DNA of 32,000 nucleotides from Synechococcus sp. A15-28. Lineage in GTDB: Bacteria > Cyanobacteriota > Cyanobacteriia > PCC-6307 > Cyanobiaceae. Position 1 is the first letter of the stretch. The number at the start of each line of letters is the position of its first letter. The DNA is taken from assembly GCF_014280175.1 (NCBI RefSeq), contig NZ_CP047931.1, forward strand, positions 1,380,001-1,412,000, given 5' to 3'. Made by a program: the position numbers and the translations under genes. The notes below the pieces were generated by a model that saw only the letters and a program-made list of their open reading frames with translations, did not search any database and was not told the origin of the DNA. Below, one piece after another: positions 6,785 through 15,104 of the stretch.

Positions 6785-7176
6785 GGGGCGGCGGAACCGC
6801 GAGGAGAACGCTGTTCTCCCCGAGCGATGCGGTGTCTGCATTCACAAGCTCGTACTGATGTAGAGCTGTGCATCAAATGCACTAACTCTTTTCAGGTTTA
6901 TGGCACAGAACGTTGTCTCCCGCGATCGCTCACGTAGGAGACAGGGGTTCTGCCAGCTCTCGGATCGCTCTTCCGAGGCCGTCGCGTGTGGATGAACTCC
7001 CCATGTCCGCGCAAAGCAAATATGGAGCCGATCCGCGTGTTCGGCAACAGTCTTTTGGTCATTTTTTGATTCCAGAAAATCTCCCATGAAGCCCTATGAA
7101 TCTGGTATGGGAGGACACAGACAACAGGACGCTCATCCTGCAAGTCACCCTTCACGACTGACTTCTCATAAGGTCT
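6785..7176. repeat. Copy B of the ~390-nt structured non-coding repeat
   Basis: Collinear with 382-768 in the same orientation. Copy B contains stops in the frame that is open in copy A. Confidence 0.7.
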
Positions 7177-7516
7177 GATGATTTGGGTTATCAGCTGTGC
7201 CCAGCCGACAAGCCTAAATCACCATGGGCGTTCCACCCTCGATTTGTTCCATGACTGATCTGTTGGCACGGATCTGATCCTGGTGTTTCTTGTCGATCAC
7301 GCCCTGGCTTGAGACGAAAAATTAGGCACCGGTTTGATTTTCGGAACTTGCAAGTTCCATCTGCAATATCTCTATTTTTCGCAAAATAGGTCCACAATGC
7401 TCGCAGGCGTAAGGATCTGGAGGTAGAAATACATCTCGATAGAGCATCGATCGGTAGATCTCGATCTGCTCAATTAGGAAATTGCAATAGGAACTCACAA
7501 CACACTCCTAATCGTA

Positions 7517-7744
7517 CTAAGCGTAATGCCGAGAAGGTCTGGCAAAACGCAGTTCACGTTCCTCCATCTGACGCTGAATACTCATCAGACGGTGATAAGC
7601 CGACTTACAACGTGGGCATTCACAAGGAATGCCACATTCTTCAAGCTGACGAAAGGCAATCATTGCTTGCTTATGCTCTTGAAGCGAATATTCAGCCACC
7701 GCAAGTAAGGCGGAGAACAAATGAATAATGCACAAAAGCTGCAA
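7517..7744 (-). CDS. Hypothetical small Cys-rich protein (48-75 aa depending on start)
   Basis: Contains CGIPCECPRC followed by a basic helical tail. TTG, GTG and ATG starts are all possible. Confidence 0.35.
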   Translation of the reverse strand: MQLLCIIHLFSALLAVAEYSLQEHKQAMIAFRQLEECGIPCECPRCKSAYHRLMSIQRQMEERELRFARPSRHYA

Positions 7745-8117
7745 ATTTTTCTGTACCAGACAGCCAATGTCCTGAATTCAACAATTCAAACTGTGTGCTT
7801 TGTCACACAGCGATCACGTCGGGCGGACCAACCAAGGCTCATGGGTCTGGACCTCGTCCATCCAATGTATGCAACCGCTTCCGTTCCAACCGCAGGTAGC
7901 GCTTGCGTTGAGCTGAGCAGAGCGCATCGGCCTCCTCCAGGTCGACGTGCCAGCCAGCGGCTGGTCGATGGTCGGCTTCCTCATGCGTCATGAACCTCCA
8001 CTGGCATCGGCACGCGCCCCCTGCTGGCTGATGATGGCTTCTTCTTAATCTGTTGCGAGTCCTAAACTATTGGTTTTTAAAAAGTTGTGCCGAGTACAGG
8101 CCGCATTAGAGGTATAG

Positions 8118-8231
8118 CCGCTACCCGATGAGATCGACTTAGAGCACTGCGAAGAGATGCAGCAGCGGTGGGTGGTGCGGGACTGCCCTGACGGCGTGCT
8201 GGGAAGGTTCAGGCGCTGGGTTAGTCGTTAG
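8118..8231 (+). pseudogene. 5'-truncated paralog fragment of the 6015-6248 gene
   Basis: About 90 nt (8121-8210) align to 6108-6197 with scattered substitutions. It is open in the same frame, but a TAG lies directly upstream (8115-8117) and there is no start codon. Confidence 0.6.
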
Positions 8232-8337
8232 GTCTGGAGCGGGGAACACTTCTGGCAGTCACGTCTGACCCATGCCTCAAAATACCGCATTGTACTGTTC
8301 CTCTAGGAGGGGTAATATCAAGAAATAGTGACATTGA

Positions 8338-8365
8338 TTGACTCGGCGTAAGTCAATTCTAATAT
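8338..8365 (+). promoter_or_regulatory. Sigma-70-type promoter candidate for the protease gene
   Basis: TTGACT (8338-8343), a 16-nt spacer, then TAATAT (8360-8365), about 22 nt upstream of the ATG at 8387. Confidence 0.4.
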
Positions 8366-8386
8366 TTTGTATGTTGCAAATTATCA

Positions 8387-9550
8387 ATGAAACAGATTAA
8401 GCCAATTGAGCTAATTATGTCTCAAGTCGAAATTGACGATATGAAGTCTGTTGTCGGCAGCGACTTAATCCTGAACATATATATATCACCAGGAGGAGAG
8501 CCTCACACAGCATGGGATGATAGAGCGCAAGAGGACGTGAAAACTATAACTAAAAAGCCGGCTGAATGGCAATATAAAGTAATGCGTGAAGCCATGGAGA
8601 GAGTCAACAGGGAATTTGATATTACCCTTAACGAGGTGGAATATGAACAGCTTTCAGACACACAAATAAAGCTAACGACCGTTCCTAATGCGGATGCCGT
8701 TAATGGCTGGTGGATTCGTCCCTGGGACGGCATTACTGATATTTATTTATCAATGACATATCAATCCGGCCTGGACGGTACTAAATATCAAGATGCCCAT
8801 GACAATCCCGATAATTACACGCATGACGAATGGGAAAAATCCGAGTGAAAAAAGATTTTTATTCATGAACTTGGCCATTTGCTTAGCCTCGAACATCCTT
8901 GGGACAAAGATGATGGAGACTGGGCAGTTGATGGACCAGACGATATGACTGAATACACATTAATGGGATATGAAAGTTTAGATGCCAGCGGTAAAACGAT
9001 GGATTGGTTCCAGGATGTAGATCAGCGCTCTTTGAGACACATATGGGATGCATCAACAGTTACTCCAGAACCAACTCCTGCTCCGGTTCCAACACCTACT
9101 CCAGAACCTGAACCTGAGCCCAACCCAGAAGCTAAGCCGGAACCTTATGACGGCATCATTGAATCGGTTAGTGGCAAAGGCAAGTTAAAAGGAACGAAGG
9201 TTGCAGATGCCTTCACTTTCGATTCATTTGAAGCATTCACAAAGCAATCTGCTGACAATATCATTGGATTTAATGCGTCGCAAGGCGACACAATTGCCGT
9301 CAGTTCCATTGCTTTCCCTGGATTGAAAGGTGTCTCCGATATCAGCTTTGCATCGACTAGGAGTAAGAAGGAATTCAAGCAAATGTCCAAGGAGGATTAC
9401 GACTTTGTATATTTTGCGAAGAAAGGTCGCCTCTACTTCGATGGAAATGGCGCAGAGAAGAACTGGGGAAACAGTGATGAAGGCGGTCTTGTGGCAATCC
9501 TGAAGGGAAAGCCTGAGCTAACTGTTGAAGACATCACACTGCTGGCTTGA
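8387..9550 (+). pseudogene. Metzincin-like zinc metalloprotease with a Pro-rich linker and a C-terminal exoprotein-type domain. One in-frame TGA (8846-8848) interrupts it.
   Basis: ORFs 8387-8848 and 8879-9550 share one frame and only the TGA separates them. Read-through gives ...HDEWEKSE*KKIFIHELGHLLSLEHPW..., with the HExxHxxxxxH motif at 8864-8896. The TPEPTPAPVPTPTPEPEPEP linker is followed by a tail containing LYFDGNG...GGLVAILKG. Confidence 0.75.
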
Positions 9551-9783
9551 TAAACCCTTAATTTAGAACTTGTGGCTTCGTCAATTATGGCGGGGTTTTT
9601 TGGTATTTCTAATGGAGATGCGTGGGTCGTTCGTATCTTGAGCGCGGAGAAATACCTTTACTGAAATCTTCACACCTTCCTAGTGAGTTGTCGGCCCACT
9701 TCTTGAACTCTTCTACTTCTCGTTTGTAGGAGTCGGACATTGGTTCATTCATTTCTTTGAATCCTTTGTTTTTGTATCAATGA

Positions 9784-9816
9784 GGTCTAGCAATGAAGGT
9801 AGACCAGATTTTTTTT
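9784..9816 (+). terminator. Terminator candidate (plus strand)
   Basis: GGTCTA (9784-9789) pairs with TAGACC (9800-9805) across a 10-nt loop. A 3-nt spacer is followed by T8 (9809-9816). Confidence 0.4.
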
Positions 9817-10125
9817 GTTTCTTACTGGCTTCTGCTTGAGCAAGTACTATTAGTTGGCGAAGTGCCTCTAAATGGGGTTCAGAAGTATAATTGTTGGTCA
9901 TTATTTTGTGATTGTGAAATGTATTGGTCTTTTACGGCACGTTGGTTAGATGACGTCTGCCATTACGTCGTGAACATTTCATAGGTGCAAAAGGTTAGGG
10001 CTGGGGAAGACCAACCAACCAGCCCTAGAGCCTGCACTAAGTCAAAATATCGCTATCCCATCAGGGACGGCTTTTTTATGCCGGTATAGCTTTTAACGAC
10101 TTCAATACCATTGGTCTGGATTGGC

Positions 10126-10566
10126 TTAAGCGTCAAACCCTTCTGCAGGGTGTACTGTTGATTCAACGATATGAAAAGACAAAAAACACTTGCCTAGATC
10201 TTGAATTTGTAGATGACCTACCACCTGGACAAATTTATATTGTAGTTCGTGGTCATGCGTAAGATCTGATAAGTTGCCTTCTAATTTAGGAGCAAGCAGT
10301 GACTCAAACTTTATTTGGGTTCCATAGATAATCCTATCTGTAAGGGTCGAAGTCGCCGCTGACTCAAGAGTCAGAAATGATTGAGGCTTTGAATACTTAT
10401 GCTCTTGTTTTAACTGCTCAATCCTGTCTTCTAATGTATAGAACTCATAAGAATCATATGGTGTAAGGTAAAGCTCATATTTAGGTGCTTCATCTCCCCA
10501 TTTCCAATGTGGCTCAAACACATTGGCGTTCATTACATAGCCTTGAATCCTAGTGAGTGTCTTCAT
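10126..10566 (-). CDS. Hypothetical protein (146 aa). Weak motif-level resemblance to phage gp2.5/DUF2815-type OB-fold ssDNA-binding proteins.
   Basis: Clean ORF in the integrase-side module. The N-terminal pattern ...NANVFEP...G.EAPKYEL.L... resembles that family, but this rests only on recall. Confidence 0.6.
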   Translation of the reverse strand: MKTLTRIQGYVMNANVFEPHWKWGDEAPKYELYLTPYDSYEFYTLEDRIEQLKQEHKYSKPQSFLTLESAATSTLTDRIIYGTQIKFESLLAPKLEGNLSDLTHDHELQYKFVQVVGHLQIQDLGKCFLSFHIVESTVHPAEGFDA

Positions 10567-10580
10567 TTTAGTTGGTCTAT

Positions 10581-10820
10581 TTAGGTTTGATTGGAAGCCA
10601 CCATTTCCTGTGATTCTGTTTGATCAATCAATGATGGGTGTAGCAAGTCCGTTGGCATACCAACATTGTGGAAGTGCCTAAAGGCAAAGACGCCAAGTAC
10701 ATAGAGTTCATTTCTCAGATCTCTATCACTAAAACCGTATTTTTCCATAGTCGCTATCGAACAACACTTGCTGTTGTTCCAGTTGTAGTCTTTTGGTGTT
10801 AAGCCTTGGTTTGATGCCAT
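10581..10820 (-). CDS. Hypothetical protein (79 aa)
   Basis: ATG ORF that ends 14 nt before the start of the downstream co-directional gene. Confidence 0.5.
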   Translation of the reverse strand: MASNQGLTPKDYNWNNSKCCSIATMEKYGFSDRDLRNELYVLGVFAFRHFHNVGMPTDLLHPSLIDQTESQEMVASNQT

Positions 10821-11143
10821 AGGTGAATACTTGGTTTAAGTAGTGGATACAAGGGTTCAACGTATGTAGAAACATGATGAATATGATGTCCATTCATCGG
10901 ACATCGCTTTCATCTAGTTTCACCTGCGGTTGAACCCTATTAGTTGTTAGTAAATCAATTCGACAATCCAATCGCTTCGCTCTTGGTGTCTCATTGACTT
11001 CTCGCTTCGCTCGAAGACAGGAAATGATTGTCTTTTAAGGAGTTTTTCCCCCTGTTTGTGTCTGGTTAAACAATCTCATTATCAAAACCCATTGCGATGA
11101 CAGGGATTGTGTCAACAAGTGGTATCGATTGTGTCAGGCGACC
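10821..11143. promoter_or_regulatory. Repeat-rich intergenic region: nested inverted repeats plus two pairs of direct repeats. Candidate operator, origin or recombination site.
   Basis: GGGTTCAAC (10853-10861) pairs with GTTGAACCC (10929-10937). These enclose GATGTCC (10885-10891) paired with GGACATC (10899-10905). TCGCTTCGCTC occurs at 10972 and 11002. GATTGTGTCA occurs at 11105 and 11127, and a partial GATTGTC at 11026. Confidence 0.5.
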
Positions 11144-11980
11144 TTATGAGGCTGAGTTCTGGTCAGAACATTTTGGCTTTCCGAACAGTTCGTCATATCG
11201 TTTTTGACGCTCCTCTTCTCGGTCCTTCAATTTTGTCATCTTCTGTTCCATCAATGCACAGAACTCTTCCGTTTCTGCCTCATCCCAATATTCAATCGGT
11301 ATGCCTTTGGCATGTATGAACTCGTAACCGACATCTAAAAACTTAGATGGCTGCTCATATGGTTTGTAATACTTAGACGTGCGTTGTTCTAATGGGAGTT
11401 CTTCATTGCGTAGATATTCCTCTCTGGCAAGTTTCTTCTGTTCTCTTTGTTCTGGTGTTAATGGCTTGTAATTCAGGCAAAGAGACTGGAATATCTGACT
11501 CATTGAACGCTCTGTTGCAGTGCTATGGCAATGAATCTTGTTCCAAGCAGTGCTTGTGATATCCATAGTCAATCTTTTTTCAGCCTTCCCACTTCGGTAT
11601 TGAATCCTCTTGATAATCGGCTCTACATATAGGACGTTCCACTTATAACGATCAATTGCTTCTGGACTTCTCAACTCCGCATAGCCTGCACTGAGAATTC
11701 CAGGCAAGGATTTCAAGATCATCCTGCTTGCCATTTCCCACTTATGTATTTCAGCATTACTTGCCATTTGTTGAAGCCGTTCAGCTGCTTCGTTTGATAT
11801 GTAGAAAGATATTTGCTTTCTGGTGACTATTACCCCATTGGGTTTACCATCTTTTGCGACCTTTCTGAAGTCACGACTGCCATCTTTTCTTCGTTTTCGG
11901 TTGTATTTTTGGTGTTTGGTGAGTTTTTTAGGCATTGGTATAGGTAATGAATTTTTCTGTGTGACTTTTTTGCGCGTCAA
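11144..11980 (-). CDS. Basic DNA-binding protein candidate with two ribbon-helix-helix-like motifs (278 aa; alternative ATG at 11935)
   Basis: Lys/Arg-rich N-terminus. Two strand-helix-helix patterns (KQISFYISNEAAERLQQMA... and KRLTMDITSTAWNKIH...SMSQIFQSLCLNY). Acidic, coiled C-terminus. It lies directly downstream of the integrase. Confidence 0.65.
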   Translation of the reverse strand: MTRKKVTQKNSLPIPMPKKLTKHQKYNRKRRKDGSRDFRKVAKDGKPNGVIVTRKQISFYISNEAAERLQQMASNAEIHKWEMASRMILKSLPGILSAGYAELRSPEAIDRYKWNVLYVEPIIKRIQYRSGKAEKRLTMDITSTAWNKIHCHSTATERSMSQIFQSLCLNYKPLTPEQREQKKLAREEYLRNEELPLEQRTSKYYKPYEQPSKFLDVGYEFIHAKGIPIEYWDEAETEEFCALMEQKMTKLKDREEERQKRYDELFGKPKCSDQNSAS

Positions 11981-12129
11981 CAGCGCTTTCTGATCATTGC
12001 AAGCCGAGCAGCTAATGTGCCTCTAATCGCGAGCGGAGAGCCGCTGCAGGATGCTTTGGTGATTGTGAATATGGGATTCATCGTTCTCTCCATTTGAGGC
12101 GGGTTGTGGGCGATCCTGAGCGGAGCTGG

Positions 12130-13458
12130 TCAAAACAGTTCGATCACTTTCTTTTGAACTTTCTTCCTTCCGATCGGGAGCTTCGTCAGATCTCTACTCT
12201 TTCTAAGGACATCAAGTCTGCTGTAGTGCTTCATCAAGATCTTCGGGTCGTGTCCCGTCATCATTGAAAGAACAGCGATCGGAGTGTCTTGCATCAACTT
12301 GTCATCTACGAAAGATGACCGGAGTGAATACAGTGTGTATGGCTTGTACGAAGCCCAGTGTCCTTGCAGCTCTAGGTTCCTCATCGCAAAAGCCCAGCAA
12401 CGGCTGTACTGGGTGTAGTCAAACGGACGACACTCGTTGTAGAAGTTTCCAAATACGTGAGCATTCTTGTTCCATATCTTTGAAACCGAAGATGAGAAAT
12501 GACGCTCCGCGTACTCCTTCTGGTACTGAAACCATTCAGCCAGTTGAGTCCCACAGTTCGCAGGAACCTGCCTTGGCTCACCTGTCTTGGTCTTTCTGAC
12601 GCTGATCTCAGCCACAAGATGCTCCCTATTGTCTGAGCTGCTCCGGGGACCCATAGAGATGATGTCCACGTCACTCCACCTCAGGCTCTGTAACTCCTTA
12701 GGTCTCAGCCCAGAGTTTTTACCCGTCATCACGAACGCATAAAAACACCTCCTCCAGTACGGCGATCGGTGATTGTTGACGCGATCTGACTCGCGGATGA
12801 ACACCTCTCTGATCCAGGTGTGAATCTTGCGCCAATCCTCCGGACTGATCGGAGGGTTTGCCATCAGGTCCTCAGCTCTGACTCGGACAGACGGCACGAG
12901 TTTGAGGGCTGCGACATCAGGCTTGATCTGACGCTGCTTCTTGCACCAGTTGAGCCAGTTGGTGATGACCGTGGTTTCGTTCCGCTGATTGACCTTGGTG
13001 GTCTCCTTGCGGAACAGCACGTAGTCGTCAAAGGTCGTCTCAGTGATCTCCTGCGTGTAGGCCACGCCCTTCCACTTCAAGTAGGCAGAGACGTGTCGGA
13101 GCTTGAACTCCTTGGAACTGAGAGAAAGCTTGGAAATGATCTCGGCATCAACTCTCCGCCTCTCCTCTGACAGGAAGGCATCAATCGAGGCATCAACGGT
13201 TGCCTTTTTGGTGCGACGAGTTGGCTTGACCTGTACCTGACCGCTCGTGATGAGCTGCTGAGTGGTCCTCATCTCAGACCAGACGTTCATTGCCATCGCA
13301 ACGGCGTCGGCTTCAGAGAGGGCTTCCTTCAGTCGCCTCTGTCGATAGCCACCTGAACCGTCAGGTTCTCGGTAGTACCAAGCCGATTCATCACGTGAAT
13401 AGGTGATGACCTCAGCTCTCCCATCAAGGACCTTTCGGCGCTCTGCAATCTTCGGCAT
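12130..13458 (-). CDS. int: Site-specific tyrosine recombinase / phage-type integrase (442 aa)
   Basis: Catalytic-domain landmarks: GLRPKELQSLRWSDV (Arg I), a VRKTKTG hairpin Lys, YSLRSSF (Arg II) and MTGHDPKILMKHYSRL (His and the Tyr nucleophile). A long N-terminal DNA-binding region precedes the catalytic domain. Confidence 0.9.
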   Translation of the reverse strand: MPKIAERRKVLDGRAEVITYSRDESAWYYREPDGSGGYRQRRLKEALSEADAVAMAMNVWSEMRTTQQLITSGQVQVKPTRRTKKATVDASIDAFLSEERRRVDAEIISKLSLSSKEFKLRHVSAYLKWKGVAYTQEITETTFDDYVLFRKETTKVNQRNETTVITNWLNWCKKQRQIKPDVAALKLVPSVRVRAEDLMANPPISPEDWRKIHTWIREVFIRESDRVNNHRSPYWRRCFYAFVMTGKNSGLRPKELQSLRWSDVDIISMGPRSSSDNREHLVAEISVRKTKTGEPRQVPANCGTQLAEWFQYQKEYAERHFSSSVSKIWNKNAHVFGNFYNECRPFDYTQYSRCWAFAMRNLELQGHWASYKPYTLYSLRSSFVDDKLMQDTPIAVLSMMTGHDPKILMKHYSRLDVLRKSRDLTKLPIGRKKVQKKVIELF

Positions 13459-13556
13459 CAGTCGGCAGTAGCAGTCAAGTCTTAGAGAACTAGACTGGTC
13501 AAATAACTGGTCCAGCTCCTACAAAGGTTCTAGAGAATCCAGTCCACCACTGCAAG

Positions 13557-14168
13557 TCATGGTGTGCGATAGATCCGCTGCAGCAGCCACAGCGAGAACA
13601 GCAGCCCGATCAGGTGGGCGAACAGCACCTGGGTATTGCTCAGCACCGAGAGGATTTCCAGCGACGTGATCGGCAGGTTTTCGGCTGACCCCCGTCCGAT
13701 CACAGCCAGACCCTGCGTCTGATTAGCCGCCTGGATGAACAGCGGACCAACCAAGGCCTGGTAGCCCACAGACGCCAGGACCAGCCCCAGCAGATCAGCG
13801 AACAAGCCGCGTTTGATCAGCCGCGAGGTCTCACCGCGTGAGGGGCGGGCCTCACTGCTCAGGGCCCGGCCATTGCGCACGATCAACCAGCCCTGCCAAA
13901 GGCTGTAGAGCAGCACCAGGAAAGCCAGGGTCGTCAGGGAAATTCCAGGACCGAGACCAACAGCGCGATCGGCATTGCGCGTGAGGCTGCCACCGATGGC
14001 GGTGAACAGCAGGACGCCCAGGACAACCGCCCCCAGAACCACCTGAATCCAGAAGCGGATCCAGCCCATCCGGCGGAGCCCGGCGGACAACAACTGGAAA
14101 TCGAGGCGATCCGCCATCTCTCCGGAGGTCAGTCGTTCAAACTTGCCACCAAAGTGCATCGCACGCAT
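13557..14168 (-). CDS. Conserved cyanobacterial membrane protein (DUF3611-like)
   Basis: Four hydrophobic segments in a GC-rich frame. The start overlaps the divergent ribF ORF, so one of the two starts is probably internal. Confidence 0.7.
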   Translation of the reverse strand: MRAMHFGGKFERLTSGEMADRLDFQLLSAGLRRMGWIRFWIQVVLGAVVLGVLLFTAIGGSLTRNADRAVGLGPGISLTTLAFLVLLYSLWQGWLIVRNGRALSSEARPSRGETSRLIKRGLFADLLGLVLASVGYQALVGPLFIQAANQTQGLAVIGRGSAENLPITSLEILSVLSNTQVLFAHLIGLLFSLWLLQRIYRTP

Positions 14169-15104
14169 CCCGCGTTGATCCCCCTCTGTTCACCACAGGA
14201 CGCCCGCCGACCGACCGCGCTGGCGCTGGGCAGTTTCGATGGACTGCATGCCGGCCACCGCCGTGTGATCGCCCAGGCCATTGCGGGAGCAGCAGCGGTG
14301 CCCACGGTGGTGAGCTTCTGGCCCCATCCGCGGGAGGTGCTCTTCGGTGAAGCCCGGCTGCGGCTTGATCTGCCGAGCGAAAAGCTGGAGCTGCTTCAGC
14401 CCCTGGGCATTGAGCAGCTGGTGCTGGTGCCTTTCACCCCTGAACTGGCCCAGCTGAGTGCCGAAGCGTTCGTCAACACCGTGCTGCTCGACACCCTGAA
14501 GGCCGAGCGGATCACCGTTGGGGCCAACTTCCGCTTTGGCAAGAACCGCGGCGGTGACGCCGACCTGCTGCGTCAGGTGGCCGCGGCCCGGGGGGTGGAG
14601 GTGCTGGTGACGGAGATCGTGGAGGACGACGACGGACGCATGAGCAGCAGCCGCATCCGCGGCTGTCTGGAGAGGGGAGATCTGGACACGGCCCGAACCC
14701 TGCTGGGGCGCTCCTACCGCTTCCAGGGACGGGTGGTGCGAGGCCGTGGTCTGGGCCGGGAACTGGGCTGGCCCACCGCCAATCTGCAGGTGGACGGCCG
14801 CAAGTTCCTGCCGGCACTGGGGGTCTATGCCGCCTGGGCCTGGGTGGACGGAAACGATCAGCCCCTGGCGGCCGTGATGAATCTTGGTCCGCAACCGACG
14901 GTGGATCCCACCTCCCCCTCAGCTGTGGAGGTGCACCTGCTGGACCGCACGATCGAACTGGAGGGCCGTCAGCTGACGGTGGAGCCCGTGAAGCGGCTCC
15001 GCGGTCAGCAGCGCTTCAGCGGACTGGAGGAACTCAGCGCTCAGATCGGCCGGGATGCCGACCAGGCCCGGTCGCTGTTGTCGGTTCAGACCGGTGTTGG
15101 GTAA
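14154..15104 (+). CDS. ribF: Bifunctional riboflavin kinase / FMN adenylyltransferase
   Basis: LALGSFDGLHAGHRRVI nucleotidyltransferase motif and the C-terminal kinase region (GRVVRGRGLGRELGWPTANL). The start is uncertain (GTG at 14154). Confidence 0.9.
   Translation: MHRTHPALIPLCSPQDARRPTALALGSFDGLHAGHRRVIAQAIAGAAAVPTVVSFWPHPREVLFGEARLRLDLPSEKLELLQPLGIEQLVLVPFTPELAQLSAEAFVNTVLLDTLKAERITVGANFRFGKNRGGDADLLRQVAAARGVEVLVTEIVEDDDGRMSSSRIRGCLERGDLDTARTLLGRSYRFQGRVVRGRGLGRELGWPTANLQVDGRKFLPALGVYAAWAWVDGNDQPLAAVMNLGPQPTVDPTSPSAVEVHLLDRTIELEGRQLTVEPVKRLRGQQRFSGLEELSAQIGRDADQARSLLSVQTGVG

Larger units (their letters stand above)
1..13556. mobile_element. Hypervariable genomic island, probably an array of decayed integrative elements. 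The left end lies beyond the window; the right end is the integrase next to the core.
   Basis: Composition changes abruptly at about 13.5 kb, from AT-rich and patchy on the left to uniformly GC-rich on the right. A tyrosine integrase sits at the edge. The region holds a tRNA 3' fragment, duplicated gene fragments, an interrupted gene and many short orphan ORFs. Confidence 0.7.

Noticed and set aside
8846-8848. The in-frame TGA in the protease gene read as selenocysteine or as an alternative genetic code.
   Set aside because: No convincing stem-loop follows the TGA; the downstream sequence is an A/T-rich run. No other ORF in the island shows in-frame TGA splitting, and the other genes in the window terminate normally at TGA.
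11977-12093. A 38-codon ORF between the integrase and the RHH-like gene, considered as an excisionase.
   Set aside because: It is too short and shows no recognisable winged-helix or Xis pattern. It is mentioned only as a possibility within the module finding.
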